A stretch of DNA of 63,376 nt, the filler included, from Ministeria vibrans ATCC 50519 (lineage: Eukaryota; Protista; Filasterea), in the NCBI GenBank assembly GCA_943704425.1. It is 5 parts of 5 records of this genome, joined end to end, with 100 filler letters (N's around TTAATTAATTAA, not from the genome) between each part and the next. Parts side by side here need not be neighbours in the genome. Positions count along the whole stretch, not along the records: positions 1 to 22,935 come from CALSCP010002371.1; positions 23,036 to 54,859 come from CALSCP010001971.1; 3 more parts are not named here. One strand, 5' to 3'. Numbering within the stretch: the first letter of the stretch is position 1; every line of letters begins with the position of its first letter. Position numbers and translations under genes: made by a program. This document shows positions 10,557 to 27,067 of this stretch, in pieces. The notes beneath the pieces are model-generated. The model was not told the DNA's origin and ran no database searches. It saw only the letters and a list, made by a program, of their open reading frames with translations.

Positions 10557-13487
10557 CTTTCTCTCACTTTTGTCTCTTTCTTCCTCCCGTCTCTCTATGT
10601 CACACACACACTCTCTCTCACCTCAACACTCTCTCATCACTTTCTCTCACTTTGTCTCTTTCTTCTCTCTTTCACACACTCTTTGTCTCTCTCTCTCTCT
10701 TTCTCTTCTTTCAGCGGGCCATTGCCGAAGGGCGCGTGAGCGAGATGTTTGTTGCCAACGACGACACGCGCCAGTTTGATGCACACATTCGCACACTGTG
10801 CATTCGAGGTTTGTGCTCATTGCGCTGCACGGCCCTCTCTCACTTGGTCTCTTTGTGTAGAACGCACTCAGAAGATGCTCTCACGACTGTCGACGCGTCA
10901 GCAGCGCATTCTCGAGGCGTATGCATGTGGCGTCAACCGCTACATAGAGACGCACTCGTTGCCACTGGAGTTGTTGTTGGCCGGCGACTCGCATGATTTA
11001 TGGCACGCTGCGCACAGTCTCATTTTGCTGCAATGGTTCACCCTGAGTACTACTGCATTGCCTCGCGCCGTTCGAGTGCATCTACCTTTGCAGCTTCTTC
11101 GCGCAGGGGTCTCACCAGAGCGTCTACACACCCTCTTTCCGCTCACCTGGCCCTCACACACTCCCGATATGGCCAACTTGACTCTTCCCGAACAGCCCGC
11201 GAGCCCATCCCTTCTCACGGGCGATCTCTGGGTCGTATCTAAGAATAAGAGCACCTCCGGCGGCGCACTTCACGCCACCACACTGCACCATGACATCAGC
11301 ACACTTCCATCCCTCCTCTACCCGTTCCGCTTCCACCACAGCTCCGACACACTTTCTCCCACTTCTCCCCCCACTTCTTCCTCCGCCTCCACTCGTCTTC
11401 CGCCTTTACCATGTGCTTCCTCCGCTTCGGGTACCTCCCTCCCCGGCATTCCATTGCTTCTCTCGGGCCGCACTGGCTCTGTTGCCTACAGCTGGTTACC
11501 GGGTCTTCGTTCGTCGTTTAGCTACTGTCTCGAGCGAGTTCGCGATTCTGCAGTGCTTCGCGATGGCACTTGGCTCAGTCTTGGTGTGCGTGTCGAGCCG
11601 CTCGTGCAAAAGGACGATCCCTCCGGCGCACCCGTCAACGTCTCCATTTTTGAATCTAACGCAGGAATCATTGAAACGCAAAGGTTCGTGAAGTGTGCGT
11701 GTGTGTATGTGATTGACAAGATTGAAATCTTTCTTATTCTCTCCGTCTCTGTCTCTCAAGACCCGTGTTTGGTTCACATGAGGCTCTGGATAGTGATGGA
11801 GAATATTTGGTGCGCCATTGGTCGTGGGATTCGGTTCATCAGCAGAACTTGAATATTCTTGGTTTGCCTATTGTAAGGAGTTTGAGAGAGAGAGTGTGTG
11901 TGAGAGGAGTCGAGAGGGAAAGAGTTTGAAAGAGAGAAAAAAGAAGCAAAATGAGAAAGGAAGAAAAAAAGAAACAAAAATGGGAAAGGAGGGGAGAAAA
12001 AGAAACAAGACAGACTCACCCATTCGGTCAATGAGTGCATAAAATCAATATTATGCTCTTGAGAGGAATGTACAAATCACAATTATTTTTGAGACGAATG
12101 TACAAACTTAAACATTTTTTGATTTGTCGTAGATGAAGGATGTGAAGGATGCTATGGGGATGCTGCGCCAGTCGCCGTGGTCAGCGCATTTTGTGCTGAG
12201 TGACGATGAAGGGAACATTGGGTTTCAGGAGAGCCATTTGGAGAGCACTTCGAGCACGGGGGAGGCCGTGCGACGCGCACAGAGTGCACTGCCACCGTTT
12301 GCACATGAGAGACTGGCGTGCCAGAGAGACACGTCGTCGCCAGGCAGCAGTGGTGGTGCTACACGATTGGCTAGTTTGTACAATCCACCCGAAGGGTTCA
12401 TCGTGGCTAGTGATACCGCTGTGTATCCCCTACCGTCGCTCAGTGGTGCGGACGTGGGGCCCTCCGCGCTGTTTGACGGTGGATTGGACTCCCAACGGAA
12501 GTCAATAGTTGAAGAAGAGAGCAGTCCATTTGCCGTTGGGAGTGCGCACTATCGCGCTCGCTATGCCATCGAGAGACTCTCTCGCGTGGATGCGGTGTCG
12601 TTGGAGACACTCCAGTCACTGCACCAGAGTACTGTCTCGCTGCAAGCAGTTCGATTCATTGAGCGCTTTCGAGTGATCTTGACGCAAATTGGCACGGAGG
12701 ATGCGCACAGGGTGCTCGCGTGGAATGGCGAGTGTGTGCGCGAGAGTCGCGCTGCGCTGCTCTTCGAAGCACTCTACCGTTCGCTGCTCATCGACTGGAT
12801 TGCAAACAGTGCCGATAACATTGCACAGCTGATCCAATCATCGTTTCGCGCAAGTGCAGTGGCAGAACTTTCGGCAGAGCTCTTTGACAATGTCCTTTTG
12901 AGCAAGAAACACGCACGCTCAGTCGACGAGTCGTTTCATCGCGTTGCCCAACCCATTCTCAATCACAGTGCCACTTCTGTTGTTGTGCCTTCAGTGCGTT
13001 TTCCCATTGACACCTCGAACAATCGCTCTTTGGCTGACCGTCATCCTCTCACGATGGACAATATTTTTTTTGCACAAACAGTACGAATAAGGAAATATTT
13101 AATATTGTATGACAGTTGACTTATACATGTCAATCAGGTTCCATTGGTTTTAGGATTCTCGCGAGGGCCCTTTACGCTCAACGGATGCACTCAGTCCCTT
13201 CACAGTCACTCGTCGCGCCTCAATCCACTTCACCACAGATCAATTCTCTCTCCTTCTACTCCATCCTCTCTTGTGCGTGTTCACTCTGCTCCGCTTTGCA
13301 CTCTCCTTCTCGATCATTCCGTCGCCCTTTCAAATATCCATTTTATCGGTCCTTCTGGTTCCTCAGGTCAAAAGGAACGTCGGTTTATTCTCATACTCAA
13401 CAGTCTGTCCATTTTCTTTTCATAGGTCGAAGATTCAGTTCTCAATATGACAATTTTCTTGCGAGTTACTTTGAGTACTACAAATAA
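10168..13487 (+). CDS. Penicillin acylase (Ntn-hydrolase, peptidase S45) family homolog, N-terminally membrane-anchored, probably catalytically inactive
   Basis: DRDGTPLLQG..ALGFAHARDRLVQM..RAIAEGRVSEMF; LEAYACGVNRYI..LPLE; WVVS..KSTSGGAL; GTSLPGIP..LSGRTG; SDDEGNIG; NPPEGFIV; multi-exon. Confidence 0.8.
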
Positions 13488-13536
13488 TTATCATTCTATA
13501 GAATAAATGTACAAAAACTAATTATTATTGATTATT

Positions 13537-15167
13537 TTATTTCACACTGAGTGTCTTTACAAGTTCATATACAACAACCACTAAAGGAAGGAAGAACGAA
13601 AGAGAGATTGAGAGATTGTCAGAATGTATATTAATATTAATTCGATTATTACTATTATTATTATTATCATTAGTATTATATTTTAATCTCTATGCGACCA
13701 ACAACTCTTACTGAGTGTGGGCAGTGTGCTCAAGATGTTCGATACACTCACTCACATTCCAAGATGTTCGATACACTCACTCACATTCCAAGATGTTCGA
13801 TACACTCACTCACATTCCCTCAACAATACACTTATCTCTTGCACTGTGCTCATATGATACACTCACCCACTTTCTTACAATAACTTACTATGCACATCTC
13901 AGTTACACCGATATACTCACTCACTCTCGGGCATTCATCTCACACTCTCTCACTCAAAATGGGACATTCATCTCTTACTGAGTGTGGACACAGTGCTCAT
14001 ATGATACACTCTGGCGACTGCTCCCTTTGTAAATCCTTTTAGTCCGTCCGCCTCAACAAGTGCCGTGACTGTGGAGCGCAATGTTAGCGCAACTCCATTA
14101 GCTATACGAAACCAAAGTGGGTTAGAGCGAGCGCACTGAGTGAGTAAATGGAAATGAGTAATAATTTAAAGCAAATGGTTGATTGTGTCCAAGTGGATCA
14201 TATTGATCGGTAAGTCAAATGAATGATTATGAAGATTGGTTGGTTATAAATGAGACAATAAGATTGATGATAAAAATTAAAATAAAAATAATATTGAACT
14301 CAATAATAATGATAAAAATATAATTAATATCAAAATCCCCAAAAAGAGAGGATGGCATGCGCACCGTTTGAATTGAACACTTGATAGCGCGTCTTAATGA
14401 CGTCCATTGGGTTCGTGAGAATTCCGGCAGTGACTCCTGCACACACTCCACACAGTGCCTGGACTCCCATTGACTGCATGTACCGTGTGCTCGCTGAGTC
14501 TACACACACATACAAAAAATAATAATAATAATAATATACTTAGTCACTTTTGATGCTGCAATTATTCTTTCTCGTACCCGACTGTGATTCTCCAACAACT
14601 CTTTGAGCAGTGTCTTTCGCCATTGCATATGTTGCCCACCTTTTTTTTTAAAGAACCAAAGTAATAAGCTCGCATTTTGTTTTTTTTTTATAATATTATT
14701 ATTTCCTACCAGACTGCACTGGACGGAGCATAGGTCATGAGGGAAAGCGTAAAGCCACGGTAGAGCCCGCGCAGTCCTGTCTGTCTCCAGATGGACGTGA
14801 AGGCGTCACGCCCGTTCTTGTACTGGGTTGCGCCGTCCAGACTCCCTTGAATCATTAGTTTCTGCGCAACAATGTCAATGGGAACAACAACTGTTTGTGA
14901 ACAGAGCGATGCAAGTCCACCCGCAAGAAAGCTTTGTAGAAATGCTATAACAATAGTAGTAATAGTAATAATAATAATAATGCGTGAGTTGAAATGGATC
15001 ATTCCGCTGCACAGCTCTTCGCGTACCGCGCACCGCTGAAGACTCAATCCAAGAGGGCACAAGCGACGGATCGGAGCGTATTCGTTCGTAGACAGCAAGA
15101 TACACCACCTGCGCAGGCATCACACCAAAGGCCGTCGTGCCAAACCCTTTGTATGACGAAGACGTAC

Positions 15168-15257
<90 letters not shown>

Positions 15258-15687
15258 TGCGCTCTTACCGCGATACAAACCACGGACGCCCTCGTTCTTT
15301 AGCGTCGTGCGAAACATGGTCCAGGTCGACGACGATGCTTTCTCCACCTGCAGGCGCGTCTTGACGAGGCTCTGGAGGGGCAGGGAGGGAGCGGGAAAGG
15401 AGCGCAGGAGTGAGTGAGCGTGACACGAACCCATCCACACGCAAAACCACCCTCTTAGCGAGCAGAACAACGGCGGCGGCGCGTGGGCCACGTTGTCGCT
15501 GATGGCGTACCGCAGGGTAGACAAAGGCGCGGACGCCCAGGAACATGGAACAGCCGTAAAAGAAGAACTTTGTCTTGTCCAGATTGTCCCAGCCAATATC
15601 AGTCGGTGCTGCCCTCTTCAAGGGTTCGTCCGCCAACATCGCCTTTGTTGCCATAGACGGTGCGACCGTAGATTGCGCCTGGGGCAT
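13537..15687 (-). CDS. SLC25A44: Mitochondrial carrier, SLC25A44-like
   Basis: IGWDNLDKTKFFF..VRAFVYP..VKTRLQ; three Px(D/E)xx(K/R) repeats; GLRGLYRGF..SLMTYAPSSAVWW; ends YELVKTLSVK. Confidence 0.85.
13731..13817 (+). repeat. 3 x 29-bp intronic tandem repeat CAAGATGTTCGATACACTCACTCACATTC
   Basis: Head-to-tail identical copies with no spacers. Confidence 0.9.
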
Positions 15688-15815
15688 TATATATAAAAAA
15701 CACAAAAATTTGATTCGACCAAAGTCCAAAATTTTGAAAGATCAAAAATCACTTTCACACTCACTTTATTTTCGTCAAACGCTATATAATACCCTCGTCA
15801 TCTACGCACCCGAGC

Positions 15816-19292
<3,477 letters not shown>

Positions 19293-19417
19293 ATGCACAA
19301 AGAATGAATGCACAAAGAATGAATGCCAAAGAAAAAGTAGAATGAATGCACGAACGTCACACTCACACATACACAACGTTTTGTTTGGAGGGGGGCGAGT
19401 GTTATGTTTATTATTGT

Positions 19418-22400
19418 TTAATCTAGTTTGGGTTTGTTTGGTGTCTCAGTGGTCGCACTTGCTTGACGCACGGGGGGCGCAGGAAGCACAGCCTGAAGAC
19501 GCAGGACCGAGTGAAAAAGACCTCTGATACTGTTTGTGGCAGTGCCGAGACCCGGAAAGTCGACGGGAAAGCCAAAGTAGAGAAAGGCAGTGTAGCCAGC
19601 GCCGACGAAGACGACAAGACCCACCAGATAACCAATGGCCGCAATGGGCGACGTGAGCAGGTAGAAAATCTCGTCCCACCCGAGAACAAGCAGAATCAAA
19701 TAGAACAGAGGAGGAATGCCCGAAATGGCCGAGTTGCGCCGTTGCGTGTCGATCGCCTGTTGGAAACTCAGCTCAATCTCCGCCTCAAACTGTTTGAGCA
19801 CTGTGCGTCGCTCACTATCGCTCACAAGCACAGTTCCATTCCCGCTCGATGCGGCGCCATTGCCATTGCTGTTGTCGTCGTCGTCTTCTGTGTCGTCTCC
19901 CCGCGTGTTGTCGTCGCTCAGTTGTGCGTGAATAAACAGCTCAAGCACAGCAGAGCCCTAAAAACAGAATGATTCGAATAAGACGCGACACGGACAAAAA
20001 AAAAAAACAGTTTCGTATGCTTTCTCCGACCTCCTTTTTGGCCTCAATGAAAAACTCACGAATGTTCTCGTTGGGCTGCCACGAGCGAGGCACACCGGCC
20101 GAGTCGTACTTGAAGGCGGCGTCAAAGCGACGAACCATGCGCGACGAGAGACCCTTGACAGCGTCACGGATGGTCTCGACGACTGTGTCGTGTGTCAGCG
20201 AGTGCATCGTCTCGGTCCACTCGGCCATCTCTTGCTTGCTCGTGGCCAGGCCCTGCGCACACGTGTCGAGTACCGCTGCAGTGGTGGCCGTGGCGGTCGC
20301 GCGTGCCGCCCGAATGCTGCTCCACATGGATGGGAGTGCGTCTTCGATAGGCACAGACACGGCGTCGCGCACCAGTGCCACATGACGACGCTCAAGCACC
20401 TGTTGCACCACCTTGTCCATGAGGTCCGCACGACGCTCGGCGCTCTGCTTGTTCATTTGACCCGACAAATCGTCGCGCACTGCCGCAATCGCCTCATCCG
20501 CACCCGACGCGACCACCTCCAGACCGGTGCTGGTGCGTGTTGCGAGGGACGGGGCAAGTGCCTGCGCGGCCGCGTCAAACGATTCAAGACCGGCGTGCGT
20601 CGCATCGGCAACCACACTGCCAAACACGGCAGCACACGCGTCGGCCGAGCTGCGTCCCGACCCACTCGCACTGGGCACCACCTGACGCAGTGCACCGTCA
20701 AATGTCTCGAGTGTCTCGCGCGACAGTCGCGCGACCTGCTTCACCAACAGATCGTGTACATCGCGATTGAGTAGTGCCATCAGATCCGCTCGCTTGAGCA
20801 CACGCGTGCGCTCGTGGTACCGCCGTGCTGGATCATCGTACGCCTCGAGTGCCTTCAACATGGCCTCACTCGCACGCTCCCCAAAGCGCTCCACGGCCAC
20901 ACCGGTACTCGCAGTGGCACTGACGCTCGCCAGAAACTCCTCGCTGAAGACGCGATAGGCCGAGTCGGAGAGCTCACCGCATCGCACGTGTGCCAACATC
21001 TCCTTCTGACTCGGAATATCCACATCGCGATTGCTCATAATGGTCTCCCACACTTGCGATGCGTACGCATAGAACCCATCCGCCGGAATGTGCTTCTTGT
21101 ACTGTGTGCGGAACACACACGATGCGCCGTCGGTCGTCTCGAACAGGTCGCGTCGCAGGCGCAACACAGCCGCGTCGAATTCGCTCTTCTGCGTCGTCTT
21201 GTGCGGCAGCGACACAAATTCAAGGTCAAAAAAGTCGCTCATATTGCTACGCTTGAATTCCTCCGGCTACAAAAAAAAAAAAGGTAAAAAAAAAAGAGAG
21301 ATGGGGGCGATGTAAGAGTGTGCGGTAATCATTGACTTGTTTCAAACCTTGTTGTCGAGTTCATCCCACATTTTGGCCAGGTCAACCTTGAGGTCGTTGG
21401 AGAGCTGTTCGAGCGATGTTTCGCCAGTGTGATCACGCAAGACAAAGAGCAGGAGTGTTTTGGGAGAGCTAATAAAAGAGAGAGGGAAAGAGAGAGAAAG
21501 ATAATCAATTGTTACAGAATGAAAGATTGACAAAATATATCACATCGAAAAACATGTCTTTTGTCTTGGCTTACTTGGGCGCCCCAAAGAGCTGCAGGTG
21601 AAGCTCAAAGACTGTTTGCAAAAGGGAAAAGTTGGAGCCTTCCCAACGACCCACATCCGAGGCCCACATGTTGACAAGGAGCACTTCGGAGACGGCGAGC
21701 GAGAAGAGAGCCGATTTGCGTTCAAAGTTCTGAAAGAGACCAAGACAAACAAATTGTTATACGATCGGAAAATGAAACACAGCAAGATTCTTCACCTTGT
21801 GTTCGCTTCCACGTTCACGACTGTCCGTTCCCTCAACGTCAAGCACAAGCGATGGGACATTGGCACAGCGTGACATCCACAGACCTAATCATACAAAATG
21901 AAAATGATGTTAAAATAAGAGAGAATCGAGAGCTGTACTCAATGTCAAAACAAGACGATACAGTCATAATGATATTAATTGGTTTCACATAATGATGAGT
22001 ACCTTTCGTTGTTTGTTTGCGTCCTTGTTTGGCGTCCATCTCGGGAAACTTGGTGTCAAAGAGCAAGTTGAGAAGGGTGCTCTTGCCGCTGCTCTGGCAG
22101 CCTGGCAAGCGACGAGAAGAGAGAGAGTGAGAGAGTTTAGAATGATTTAAAATTCGGTCCTTTTTTTTTCTTCTCTTTCTTGCGTTCTCTGTCGCCTTAC
22201 CAAGGACCGCAATGGTGCTGTAGTCGAATCCCAGGGAGAGAAAGTCGCCCCATTTGCGGAGGTCCTCTTGGAGCTCGTGTCTGCGGTGAGAGAGAAAGAG
22301 AGAAAAGAGAGAGAGAGAGAGACAGAAAAGAGAAAAGGGAAAGTTTTGAAACATGACACGTCATTTTGAAGGAGAGAGAAGCCGAAGGGGGCGAGAGAGG

Positions 22401-22570
22401 AGGCAAGAGCGGCAATGGGGGCGGGCATACGAGAAGGTGAAGTCGTCGAGGATGATCTGTTTCATGACGGACGAGTCGGTTGCGCTTGCTTGGGGGATTC
22501 TGGGGATAATCATCGTTGCCGTTGCACTGTCCGTGGTCGTTGACGCCACGTTGGAGGTGGGGGGATCCAT
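19418..22570 (-). CDS. SEY1: SEY1/RHD3 ER-fusion GTPase
   Basis: [31 protein letters not shown]; [12 protein letters not shown]; TLLLFVLRD; IPADGF; [15 protein letters not shown]; [11 protein letters not shown] hairpin. Confidence 0.93.
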
Positions 22571-22935
22571 GGAACGAGTAAAAATAGTATAGACGAGTGT
22601 GATATTTTATTCGAAAGTGACTCAATTCTCAAATAAAATTATGAAAAAGTCACAGAAATTTTGATAACACCTTGATTCCAAGTGAGTGCACTCACTCGAC
22701 TGGCTACATACTTGATTGTCGTCCACGCGCACTCGCCCCTCCTCAGAGAAGTTTCGTCTGAGCGGAGAGAAGGAAACTTTTCAAAGGTTCGTCCACACTC
22801 GGCCTTAGCGACCACAGGCTGGTGTGAAAGCCGTTGCTTAGTACTCGTGTGTTGGTGGGAAAGGCTCTCTGAGCTGCAGTGTTCTGTTTTAAGCCGATTT
22901 TCTCGCTGGGACGATTTTTTTTTTTTTTTTTTCCT

Positions 22936-23035
22936 NNNNNNNNNNNNNNNNNNNNNNNNNNNNNNNNNNNNNNNNNNNNTTAATTAATTAANNNNNNNNN
23001 NNNNNNNNNNNNNNNNNNNNNNNNNNNNNNNNNNN
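22936..23035. other. Artificial contig join (N44-TTAATTAATTAA-N44)
   Basis: 12-mer with stops in all six frames centred in exactly 100 nt; occurs four times. Confidence 0.95.
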
Positions 23036-23111
<76 letters not shown>

Positions 23112-23349
23112 CTTTGTTTCTTTCTCCCTCCTTTCTCTCTCTCTCTCTCTCTCTATCACTTTGTTTCTTTCTCCCTCCCTCCTTTCTCTCTCTCTCTCTC
23201 CCTCACTAAGAGCTATCTACTCATTCACTCGCTCTTCACTTTTCTTACTTCTTCTTCTTCTTGTTCTTCTTTTCTCTCTGTTTTATTTGACTCCTAATTA
23301 TCTGTGTCTCTCTCTTTGCTTCTCCCCTCTTCTCTCTGTGTACGACAGT

Positions 23350-23605
23350 TTTTTCAGTCGCTACAGGGGCGTTTGGTGGCCATGCAGGCTGTCGCCCACC
23401 AGCCTGCTCTGCGCGAGCTCTTTGCCTCTCTCATGGTGGACGTCGACCGCAGTACCTCTCTCAAGAACCGCGACAAGTTCACTCAGAATCTTACACTCTT
23501 CAAGAACTCTCTTGCTCGCGTACGACCTTTTTTATATTGGTTTCGTTCATTTGTCTCACTTTGTTTTGTATATAGGTTCCAATTCAGTCGGTGGGTCACT
23601 TGTGA
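23350..23605 (+). CDS. XPO7: Exportin-7/RanBP17-like, C-terminal exons only
   Basis: LMVDVDRSTSLKNRDKFTQNLTLFK matches the XPO7 C-terminal motif KNRD(R/K)FTQNL; truncated by contig edge. Confidence 0.75.
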
Positions 23606-23675
23606 ATTTCTTCTTCTTTTTTATACATACACAATTAACAAAAAAAAACAAAAAAAAAAACAATAGTGTACAACT

Positions 23676-24687
23676 CTAAAGGGGCACAGAGGCACGTTCA
23701 AGGCGAGGGAGGGTGACCTCGGAGGGGCCAAGGATGTAGTGTGTGTCGAGATCAGACCAACGAGAGTCGCGCAGAGGCCCGTCTGCGTCGGTGTTGACGG
23801 AGAACACGGGCGTGCGATGCTGGCGGGCAAGACGCAAGGCAGTGCGCCCGATGCCAACCGAGAGCGATGTGCCAATAAAGACGAGTGCATCGCACGTCGA
23901 GAGGTGCTCGGTTGCGCGCGCGTGAAGGTCGACAGGGTATGTTTCGTCAAAGAGCATTGTGTGTGGCAGAATGATGCCCGCGCTGCACACAGGACACGAT
24001 GGAACCGTGTCGACAAGTGGTATGTCACCTAGAAACCAGGGAGGAAGCGTGTCGCATGGAATCGGCGACTTCCAGTCTGAGTGTGCGCACTCTAGATTGC
24101 TACAGCGCATTGCGTTGAGACGGCCGTGCAGGTAGAGCACCCGGTCGGCCGGAGTGCCTGCATCGTCATGAAGCGAATCAATATTTTGTGTCAACACCAT
24201 CATAGTGTCCTGGTGGTCAGCGACCAGGCGTGCCAGAGCATTGTGGCCACTGTTTGGAGTAGTGCGAAAGGCAATGCTACACAGAAATGGTGTCAAATCA
24301 AAAGCAGGCGTCTGCGAGTGAGCTACGACTCCCCTCGACTGCTTACAGCTTCCGTGTGGGCATCCAGTAGGTGTTGTACCAATCAACAGGGTCGGAGTTG
24401 AGCTGCTTCATCGTAACACGCTCGATTGCATTCCATCCAACGCGAGACCACAGAGACGTGTCTGACAGCCAACCAACATGAGCAGCTTACTTCACACACC
24501 TCCCGTTCAATGATGTACCGTCGCCACGAAACGTCGGAATGCCGGAAGCTTTCGAGAGTCCCGCACCGACCAGAAAGGTGATCTTTCGCTGATCGCGAAT
24601 CATAGCAGACAATCGTTGGATGCTCGCCTCTGTATCCTCTTCTGGCGCCACTGTAGCACCATGCCGTCTTCTTCGCGGTCGGTCCAT
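23676..24687 (-). CDS. Sirtuin (SIR2 family NAD-dependent deacylase), 3 exons
   Basis: GAGLSKASGIPTFRG; PNSGHNAL; TQNIDSLH..AG; LHG; two Cys pairs; P.TMLFDE; IGTSLSV. Confidence 0.92.
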
Positions 24688-24977
24688 TGTCGGTTAATTG
24701 TGAAATTTGTGATCATTTATCATGATTCATTGGTGCAATTCAATTCTAAGTTGTCAATTACAACTGCCAAATGAGTGTCAAGTCGAGAAGACTCTTCACA
24801 TTTTCGTCCACGCAGTGCTTTGCACTCTGAATAACCTTTGCGTTTTTGGCAAGAATGGGAGACTGAGTGGGCCAGTAGAACGAGGCAGTAAATTGAAATA
24901 CGAACTAAATGTATAATGCAAACAATCCGTCTCTTTTTTTCGTTTTCTACATAGATCACGCGTTGCCTGTACTCAAA

Positions 24978-26136
24978 TTAAATGGGCTTGATCTTAAAAT
25001 GGAGGGAAATCAGAGAGAACACAAGGCACTTGAGATCTAAACAAAAAGAAGAACATAATTCAGACGCCAACGAGAACCCTTCATAAGTCACGCCCACCCT
25101 CCAACACTCTCTCTTTTACCACGATGGTTCTATCTGACTCTCCTCTCTCTATATCCCTTTGTTTTTTTCTCTCTATCACTTTGTTTCTTTCTCTCTCTCT
25201 CTCTCTCACTTTGTTTCTTTCTCACTCTCATCACTTTCGCTCTTTCTCGCTCCTTTCTCTCTCTCATTTTTCGCCGCACCTTGAACAAGAAAGTAGAACG
25301 TGCGCAGCCCTTCGGGGTCCTTGCTATTGTTGACATCCTGAAGCGTTCCCAGTTTCGCTGTCGCAAACGAAATGTGCTCTGTACCAAGCACAATTTCCAG
25401 TTCCTGTTCGCCATCACGTCGGTTTGGTGCAGGCCAGTTCGCGTCGTCCTACACAGAACACACGCACACACAGGCCCAGACAGAGATCAGCAAGGTATGC
25501 CCTTCTCCCTTCTCTCTCTCTCTGTGACTCTGTGACTCTGTGACTCTGTCTCTCTACCTCCTTGAGCACTTCACTGTCCAGCACCATGTTCTCGATCTCC
25601 TTTAGCACAGACGCCCCGACCTTGACTGTCTTTCGGATCACCGATCCGTTGCGGTAGTTACTGTTGTTTACATATCGAAGCTCGCCTACAAGTGTCGTTT
25701 CCGGTGGCAGTCAGAAGGAAGAAGAAGAGAAAAAAAGAGAAAAAAGAATAAATCGGGAAAGAGAGCCAAGCGAACGCTAGCAATGCTCCCTCGCAACAAA
25801 CCCCACGGCAGTGGCCCCGCTGCGGACACATGGAGGGACTGGATTCCACGGAGGATGTCGACGAGACGACGAAACACAAAACGCAAAAAAATATAATATT
25901 ATAATATAATATCGGATTGACAGGAAAGAACGCGATAATCTCGCATGCGCATGGTCCCACACGCATACACACACTTCCGCGGAGTGGAGATGCGCCAATA
26001 CGGATCGCGAGGACGCCGCAGGACGCGCAGAGACGACGCGACAAGTACCGTTGGGGTTGAACTCAAATTCCAGATGCTCGTCGCCGAATTTCCCGACATG
26101 GCCGACCCGGTATCGCACGTAAAAGTCGTCGGGCAT
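24978..26136 (-). CDS. MAGOH: Mago nashi (exon junction complex), divergent, 4 exons
   Basis: FYVRY.VGH.GKFG.E.LEFEF; LRYVNNSNY; [15 protein letters not shown]; [31 protein letters not shown]. Confidence 0.95.
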
Positions 26137-26274
26137 TCTAATGAACAAGCAGAGTGAAACCAAGTGATCCGAATTGTGATCAGATAAATATTTTTTTAAA
26201 AAAAAAGAACACTCTCACTCTCTCTCTCTCACTGAACAGTCTCAACACTGATTTATTTCTCACTTCGATTCGGC

Positions 26275-26947
26275 ATGACCTCCGAGATTGGCTTTGGTAG
26301 CCTTACGTCGCTACCGGCCCTGATCAGTCCCGACCAGCGATACGTTCTCTGTGCCAGTGGCAACCGAGTGCGCATTTACGCTGTCTCCAGCGCCCTTTGC
26401 ATCGCGACGCTGCGCTGCTCCTTGCCCTCATTGCCCACAGTAGACGACGCGCAGGATGCTGCGGGCGCCGCGTCGTCAGTCGCAGACGATTTTGTCGTCG
26501 CCATGTGGATTCCCGACGAAAACTCACTGCGACTGCACACCGTCACCGCGTCGGGCGTAGCGCTCGTCTGGGACTACATGGACGGCGTCCTTCTCTCCCA
26601 TCAGGCTATTGTGCCACCCAAGAGCGGCAAACTCGCGTCGTGGACCGTTGTCGATGCCGTCCCGCTGCGCGGTGCCGGCGTTCTCGTGCGCACTCTCGAA
26701 CGCCGTCGAAGAAAGTCTTCTGCCGAAAAGGTATTGCGCACCCTCCCACTCCCATCGTTGCTGCGAACATGGCTCTCGCGCTCTCTTTCTCTGTGTGTGC
26801 GTGTCTGTGTGTTTGCGTGTGTGTTTTATGTTCTATTCATCGTGAATCCTGCGCGATCCGCATCTCATATGTATTTTTTCTTTTCTTTCTCTCTCGATCT
26901 TGTTTCTCTCTCTCTTTATGTTTCTATCTAATATTTTTTCTCTTTAT

Positions 26948-27000
<53 letters not shown>

Positions 27001-27018
27001 TACTTTGTTTCTTTCTCC

Positions 27019-27067
<49 letters not shown>

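Noticed and set aside
13731-13817. 29-bp direct repeats resembling a CRISPR array
   Set aside because: No spacers, lies in a eukaryotic intron, no cas genes
22680-22935. Possible structured ncRNA ending in a T run
   Set aside because: No recognisable snRNA, SRP or RNase P motifs; begins with a GTGAGT donor-like site, so more likely the 5' intron of a gene cut by the contig end
22980-22991. Palindromic TTAATTAATTAA recurring four times (possible recombination or terminal motif)
   Set aside because: Always centred in 44+44 N; an artificial six-frame-stop linker, so no synteny can be inferred across it
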